Assembly: GCA_918797485.1 (NCBI GenBank) | Contig: CAKKNE010000004.1 | Location: 4,898,001-4,962,000, forward strand | Length of the DNA: 64,000 nucleotides | Source of the DNA: Pelagomonas calceolata | Taxonomy: Eukaryota | Reading direction: 5' to 3' | In this document: positions 58,365-64,000 of the stretch, one piece after another | Layout of the letters: every line of letters starts with the position of its first letter | How positions within the stretch are numbered: position 1 is the stretch's first letter | Program-made: the position numbers and the translations under genes | The notes under the pieces: generated by a model | Told to the model about the DNA's origin: nothing | What the model saw: only the letters and a program-made list of their open reading frames with translations | Database searches by the model: none

Positions 58365-61300
58365 TCACGCCTCGCCCGGGAAGAGCGCGCGCTTGAGCTC
58401 CTGCTCCTCCGGCTTCGTGATCTTGCGGAAGTACATCCACGGGCCCGTCGCCTTGATCGACGATCCGCGCTCGTGTGGTCCATCGAGCGAACGGAGGGCC
58501 CAGGGCCCGTCCGTGCCGCCGGGCCAGACGCTCGCGTCGACGTCTCCCTTCGGCTTGAAGAAGCCCGAATTAGCATCGTATTCGGGCGCGTGGCCGAGGA
58601 AGCGCGCGGGCAGGCCCGCTCGGGTGGTCGGCCACTCCGACTGCGAGAGGATCGGGAGCAACTCGTGGGTCTCCGGGTCGATGCGCGCGATGAGTATGGC
58701 GTCCTTATAACGGCACCCGACCAGTTGCTGGAGGGTCTTCGTCTCCTCCTTCTTCTTGCGCTTCTTGGCCCGCGGCTTCTTCTCCTTCTCGCCGTCCTTG
58801 TCAATTTCAGATAAATCGACGCGCTGCTTGCGCACGCGCGTCTTCGGCAGGTCAGAACACTCGTCAGCTACCACCACCTCCTCCTCGGACTCCGGCTTCG
58901 ACCTCGCCCGCTTGCGCTTGTCTCGGCTTTTGCGTTTCTCCAACTCTTGATGATACCTCGCGCTGGGCTCGTACTTCTCCAGCGGAGGAAAGCCGTACCT
59001 ATTTCCCGCAAGCTGATGATCGCGCGCGTCACAGAGCCGCATGCAGCACGTCAGACTAATTTGGGCGTCGACGCGCGCCTGGTGCCGCATCTTCGAGCAC
59101 AATTCCCCAGTCTTCAGATCCGTGAGGTCGTTGCCGAGCGTGTTGGTCAAGAACGTGCACGACGTACTAATACTATGCGCCGCTCCCGCAATAGCCATAG
59201 GGTGGTCGTGCCGCGGCCGGCCGAGCGCATCCAAACCACACAATACGCACATGATGTCGACGAGGTCTACTACGTCGACGTCGTCCGCGTCTTTGGGCAT
59301 ATTTTTCTTAAGGAACTTATAGTCAGGCCCGCGGTGCGTCCCGATGACGTCCACCTTACTTGCCACCTTCCGCAGACCGTCGTCCAGCGCATCGGGGCAC
59401 ACCTCCATGAGGGTCGGGCGGCGCAGGGGCCGGTAGCGGCCGCCCATCGGGTTCGCTATCGTCTTCTCCATATCACGCAGACTGATCTCGAACAAAATAC
59501 TCGCGGCGTCCTCGTCTTTATTAGGGATGTAAACAAAAGCTTGTTCGTAGGTAAGAAACTCATCCATGCCGTGCGTTCCCTCGCCGTCGTTGCCCGCGAC
59601 TTTCTTCCCCGACTTTCTGGCTTTCAGGAAGGTGATCGTGCTCTTGTGCGCTCGGTAATCCCAGCTCTTCGGAGGAAGCCGTGCCAGCCGTGCCTCGAGC
59701 ACCTTGATGGACACTTGCTTGGGGCACCGCTCCAAAAGACAAGCCGCGGCCTTTCTCGGATCCTTCTCCTCCTCTAGGATCTTCCTGATCTGGATGCCGA
59801 GGGGTGAATTGATCGCCTCGACGGCCCTGGAGCCTTTCCGCAAGTCCCGGCCCTTGCCGTGGCCCGTGGGCTTGCCCTCGGCCTGACACTTCTGGACCCA
59901 TTTCGTTTGTTCATCGACCCTTTGCTTTGCATAATCGTCATCCTCGATAAAAACGATTTGTGACGATCCTCGATGGCCTTGTAAACGAACCACATATACA
60001 ACGCCGTCGATCCTGACTCTAGTTAGCGTCCCGCGCTCATTGAACTTGTCCTGCCAGGTCTCAAATATACCTAAGTGCGTACCACTAGAGATAGCTCCAT
60101 GAGCTTCAATGCCGCCTGTGTAACCCGCCTTCTTTGCTAGCGCCTCCACCCGCGCTCGAAGCACTTGCATCTTCGCAAGTTCCGACGTCTTACCCGATGG
60201 GCCGTCTTCCAGTCGCCGTATCATCGCTGATGCGTTAGTGTAACTCGTTAGCCCAGGTGACCGGAACCCTCTATTTCCGCTATTATAAGCTACCACCACG
60301 ATCCCGTCCGCATCCTTGTTCTCGAGCGTCTTGTGGGCGGCCACTTTTTGTTCTAGCAGCGTCACGCCTTTCTCGGCGTGACGCTGGCGCCTTGGTGTCA
60401 GCGGTTCTCCTTGCACACATGATGATGATGATCTGAAATACCCATCGCTCGGCACCCAAACCCTCGGGGGCCCCGACGGCGGCGGCGGCAGGTTGACGAC
60501 TAAGTCATGAATCTTGTGCACATCGAACGTCTCGGTAGACCCGTCGTCGCACGGCTCGGCCGTCGGCTCGTCCACGTCGACGTCGCTGCCGGTAGAATCG
60601 ACGCCCGTGGGTGCTGGATTACCGCGCCGCGCTTCAGCATCGCGCAGCGCCGTGGAAGCCGGCGCCGTGGAAGGCCGCGCCTTGGGAGGCCGCGAAGCCG
60701 GCGCCTTGTTGGAAGGCCGCGCCGTGAAGACGCCCAGCAGCGAGTCCGCCTCCGCCGCGTCCTTGTCCGAGCCGTCCGAGGCGTAGTCCATCTCTTCGTC
60801 GCTGGACGCCTCGGCCACGCTCTCCTCCTTCGCCGACTCGTCGTCCTCCTCTTCAGACGCAGACTCGCTGTAGGCCTGGCCTCGCCACTCGCACCAGGCC
60901 CGCAGCAGCCGCTCGCTTAGATCGTCCGGCCAACTATCTAGGTTCAGGGCGCTCGCTAGCTCGTCGGCGCTCTCGCACGCCTCGACGTTCACTATCTCGA
61001 GCGCCTCGTCCAATTCATAGAGCAAAAACTCGTCTTTGACGTTCGCCTCGGCCCACGCTTTAAGTGATACCGCGACGTCGACCGGCAGACACGGCGGCGA
61101 CGGCGGCGGCGGCGGCGCGACGGCGTCGCCGCCCGCGCGCGGCGCCGGCGCCGCGGACAGGATGCGGACGTCGGGGTTCGGGAACGTTATGACGTCGGTC
61201 GGGCCGTCGTCGTACTGGACCTCGGCGGTGGACATGCACAGCACCTTCCGGATGGTGCCCTCGACCTCGCCGTCCTCGAAGCCCACGACCACGCGGGTGC

Positions 61301-62039
61301 CGAGCGGCGGCGCGAGCTGGGGCGGCGGCGCCGCCGCCGGCAGCGCGGCGACCGCCGTGGCCGCCGCCGCCGCCGTGCGCGCGGAGGGCCGCGGCTGCGG
61401 CGCTTCTAGCGACGTCGGGTCGCGGACGTTGGCCGGCGGCCCGCGCGGCCCGCGGCGCGGCGCCGGCGGCGCGACTGGGGAAGTTGGCGCCGTCGGCACA
61501 GCCGGCGCCTCCCGGACGCGGCTGAAGCGCGGCGGCGTCGCCGGGGCTTCTAGCGCCGGCGGCGGCGGGTTGCGGACCTCGGCCGCCAGCGTCGCCGGCG
61601 TGTCGCGTCTCGCGAAGTCGTCGTCGGCCGCGAACGCGCCGGCGGCGAGCGGCAGCGCCGTGGCCGCGCCCGCGGCCGCGAGGGACTGCTCGCCGTCGTC
61701 GTCGAAGCCGCAGCTCGGCGGCGGCGCCGCCAGAGGCGCACTCGCGGGCGGCGCCAGGCTCTGGAACGGCCGCATGTTCGACGTCCGCTGCCACGGTAGC
61801 GCGGCCTCTTGCGGACGATGCGCTTCGGTCGTGACCGGCGGCTCCTCGCGTGCGTGCGGCGCCGTGCGCGGCCGCTTTGCAGGCTTTGCAGGCTCCGGAG
61901 GCCGAAACCGCTTGAACTTGGGCTCCCCGGCCCGTGGCGGTTGCGCGCGGTGGCGCATGACGGTGCGCGCGGCGAAGACGGACTTTGCTTGCCTGCGAAG
62001 ACGCTCGTAAAGCGGCGCGCGCGCGGCGAAGCCACTCAA
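58365..62039 (-). CDS. Large multidomain protein: Pro-rich N-terminus, Tudor-like and SAM-like domains, C-terminal DEDDh-exonuclease-like region (start uncertain; first ATG at 61959)
   Basis: 1,224-codon ORF; LGTRVVVGFEDGEVEGTI...AEVQYDDG (Tudor-like); GNDGEGTH, GTHRGPDYKFL, HQARVDA (ExoI/II/III-like). Confidence 0.7.
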   Translation of the reverse strand: MSGFAARAPLYERLRRQAKSVFAARTVMRHRAQPPRAGEPKFKRFRPPEPAKPAKRPRTAPHAREEPPVTTEAHRPQEAALPWQRTSNMRPFQSLAPPASAPLAAPPPSCGFDDDGEQSLAAAGAATALPLAAGAFAADDDFARRDTPATLAAEVRNPPPPALEAPATPPRFSRVREAPAVPTAPTSPVAPPAPRRGPRGPPANVRDPTSLEAPQPRPSARTAAAAATAVAALPAAAPPPQLAPPLGTRVVVGFEDGEVEGTIRKVLCMSTAEVQYDDGPTDVITFPNPDVRILSAAPAPRAGGDAVAPPPPPSPPCLPVDVAVSLKAWAEANVKDEFLLYELDEALEIVNVEACESADELASALNLDSWPDDLSERLLRAWCEWRGQAYSESASEEEDDESAKEESVAEASSDEEMDYASDGSDKDAAEADSLLGVFTARPSNKAPASRPPKARPSTAPASTALRDAEARRGNPAPTGVDSTGSDVDVDEPTAEPCDDGSTETFDVHKIHDLVVNLPPPPSGPPRVWVPSDGYFRSSSSCVQGEPLTPRRQRHAEKGVTLLEQKVAAHKTLENKDADGIVVVAYNSGNRGFRSPGLTSYTNASAMIRRLEDGPSGKTSELAKMQVLRARVEALAKKAGYTGGIEAHGAISSGTHLGIFETWQDKFNERGTLTRVRIDGVVYVVRLQGHRGSSQIVFIEDDDYAKQRVDEQTKWVQKCQAEGKPTGHGKGRDLRKGSRAVEAINSPLGIQIRKILEEEKDPRKAAACLLERCPKQVSIKVLEARLARLPPKSWDYRAHKSTITFLKARKSGKKVAGNDGEGTHGMDEFLTYEQAFVYIPNKDEDAASILFEISLRDMEKTIANPMGGRYRPLRRPTLMEVCPDALDDGLRKVASKVDVIGTHRGPDYKFLKKNMPKDADDVDVVDLVDIMCVLCGLDALGRPRHDHPMAIAGAAHSISTSCTFLTNTLGNDLTDLKTGELCSKMRHQARVDAQISLTCCMRLCDARDHQLAGNRYGFPPLEKYEPSARYHQELEKRKSRDKRKRARSKPESEEEVVVADECSDLPKTRVRKQRVDLSEIDKDGEKEKKPRAKKRKKKEETKTLQQLVGCRYKDAILIARIDPETHELLPILSQSEWPTTRAGLPARFLGHAPEYDANSGFFKPKGDVDASVWPGGTDGPWALRSLDGPHERGSSIKATGPWMYFRKITKPEEQELKRALFPGEA

Positions 62040-64000
62040 AACGTGCGCGACGACGCGCGCGCCGCGAAGAGCTCTGAGTACGCGTGGCGAAACAGGCGAA
62101 GGCCTCGAGACGCCGCGGCGGACTACTGGTGCGCGCTCGAAAGGCAGGCCTCGATGCGGCCTCGAGCTTGGACAGACAGAACGGCGCGCGAGGCGCGCTT
62201 CGCGGGCCGCCGCTTTCTCCGAAGCCCTGCGCGGTCACAATGGTGTGGCGCGGCGAGTCTCAGGGGGTAGCAGCTTCTCTCTCGAGCTGCGAGAGCGCTC
62301 TCAATGTTTAAATGCGTAAACGGCCTTTTTGAGCGCGTTTCCGCGCGCGCGGACGCGCGCCATCGCTGCGCGCGACTTTGAGGGACGCTGGGACCGCACG
62401 GCGGCCTCGCGGGGTGAATCGGTGGCCCCGCAGAGCAGCGCGGCGCTGCGCGCGCAAACGCGGCCAGGAGGACGACTAGTAGCTTACTGTAGCTAGCCAT
62501 TTTTGCCATACAACTCTTCCTAGCAGCGTTTTTGGGATGCGGGGGTGTTAGTATGGCAAAAGCAGCTTCTATGGCTGCGGCAAGGCGCAGCTAGCACCTA
62601 TTTGACACTAGGTGATTATAGAACGACGAGGCTCGGCCAAAAATCGGGCAAATTTTGCGAGTTCAGCAAATTCGCTGGCGCTGTTGCCGGCGTTTACGGG
62701 GGCCTTGAATAGGCCTACGAACGCCCAGTCAACGATTTTAGCCGCCGTGCGCGCTAGCGCGAGCATTCGGCGGTTTCACCTACGATGCTCTCCGAGCAAT
62801 GAAACCGCGCGCGCCGGCGCTCAATTGCGTTAGCGCAATGCTCGCTTGTACGGCGGCAACGTGGCCTGCACCAGCGCTATCCAGCTCTCTCTCAACCGTC
62901 GCGTGGTCGCCGCGGCGGCGGGAGACGCGCATGGCGCACGGCGGCGCGTTTACACGGCGGGCACGCCCACGGTCGTCGAGCCGGCCGCTTGACGGGCGTG
63001 ATCGGTCCTATGGCCGCGGGTCTATTTTCGAACTCAGCGAGCTCTGAAGCGCCCCAGCACCTTCAGCTGCGCGAATTCAGAGCCACCGGTCGCCGCCGAC
63101 GGAATGGAGCGGAGGTGCTGAGGATCCTTGGTCGCGGCGCCGGCCGATGAAGGAGATCACGGCGACGCCCTCTACACGCCGTCGACGCCCAGCAGCTGTC
63201 TGCCATGTCTGCAGATTGCGACGCCTGCGACCGAGCGTGGCGAAGTGCGTTCCGAGGGAGGCCGACCGCGTCGATGGCGTCGGTGCCAAACAGCGCCCTT
63301 TAGGCTTCTGGGGCAACGACCGCGGGCGTCGCGCGAGTCCAGGGCCTCTGAGCGGGCAGCGAAAGCCGCTGCCGCGACTCTTCTCCATGGGTTGGTACGG
63401 CGTCGTCGTGCACGAAGCTGCCGGGGCGCGTGCTGGCCCCGATCGAACCGCTGGGCCGGGCCCGCGACGGCCGTCGGCAGCGTCTGATGGACCGCGCCGT
63501 CGCGTTCGGGCCGTGCGGCACTCCTTCTGATCTCGTCGACGGACGCGGCGAGCTCTACGAGCGATGCGGCCGGCGGACGCGGCACGCGGCATCATCCAAG
63601 CGCTGTGGCTCTGCCCGATGGCGAGCGCGCACGCGTCGAGTTCGTGCGTAGCCGCGGACGTCGCGCGCGCGCTACTGCTGCTCTCGTCGGCGTGGCGAGC
63701 CGTTGAGATACTACGGCCGCGCCTCCGACAACATGCCGGCCGATTTGTTAAGTGACTCATTATTGTATATAGTATCTTACATGCAACGGCTCTTGGTGGA
63801 ACAACCGGCGCTCGAGCTCGTGTCCTGCGCCGACTGCGATCAGTGCCCGGGGCCCCCGCGCGCCGTCTCGAGACTCGAGCCCCGGCGGCCGGCAGCTGTC
63901 TGGCGTGGGCGCCCGCGCCGCCGGTCGCGCTCTCGACGGCGTATCTGCGTCGCCGACGAGGTCTGCGTGCGCACGGACAGCAGCTGCACGCGTACGTCGC

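Noticed and set aside
62123..64000. Several overlapping short ORFs at the right end
   Set aside because: No consistent coding frame or homology visible; only one copy of the introner core motif at 63267.

Overview
GC-rich eukaryotic nuclear DNA, most likely from a pelagophyte stramenopile (Pelagomonas/Aureococcus-like). This is inferred from the ASAFAP-type plastid signal, the selenoprotein and the introner-type introns. The window holds about 16 genes. The ORF track is fragmented because five minus-strand genes carry 57 short spliceosomal introns that I mapped by hand: 35 in an axonemal dynein heavy chain (4,619 aa once spliced), 14 in a giant cNMP/EF-hand repeat protein (>2,490 aa, runs off the left edge), 5 in an ABCB transporter, 2 in a USP-like protease and 1 in an alpha/beta hydrolase. 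These introns fall into repeated sequence families. The best-preserved ones still show 14-bp terminal inverted repeats and 8-bp target-site duplications, so they are introner transposons. Many use GC donors and lack the usual GTRAGT and polypyrimidine signals, carrying instead a CGGCGTC motif at about +10. In the dynein gene they leave exons whose lengths cluster near multiples of ~147 bp. The window also contains a UGA-selenocysteine glutathione peroxidase with an atypical SECIS, a MAK-like kinase, POLD2, a plastid cysteine synthase, ankyrin, TPR and IQ proteins, two apparent pseudo-enzymes and a Tudor/SAM/DEDDh-like chimeric protein.
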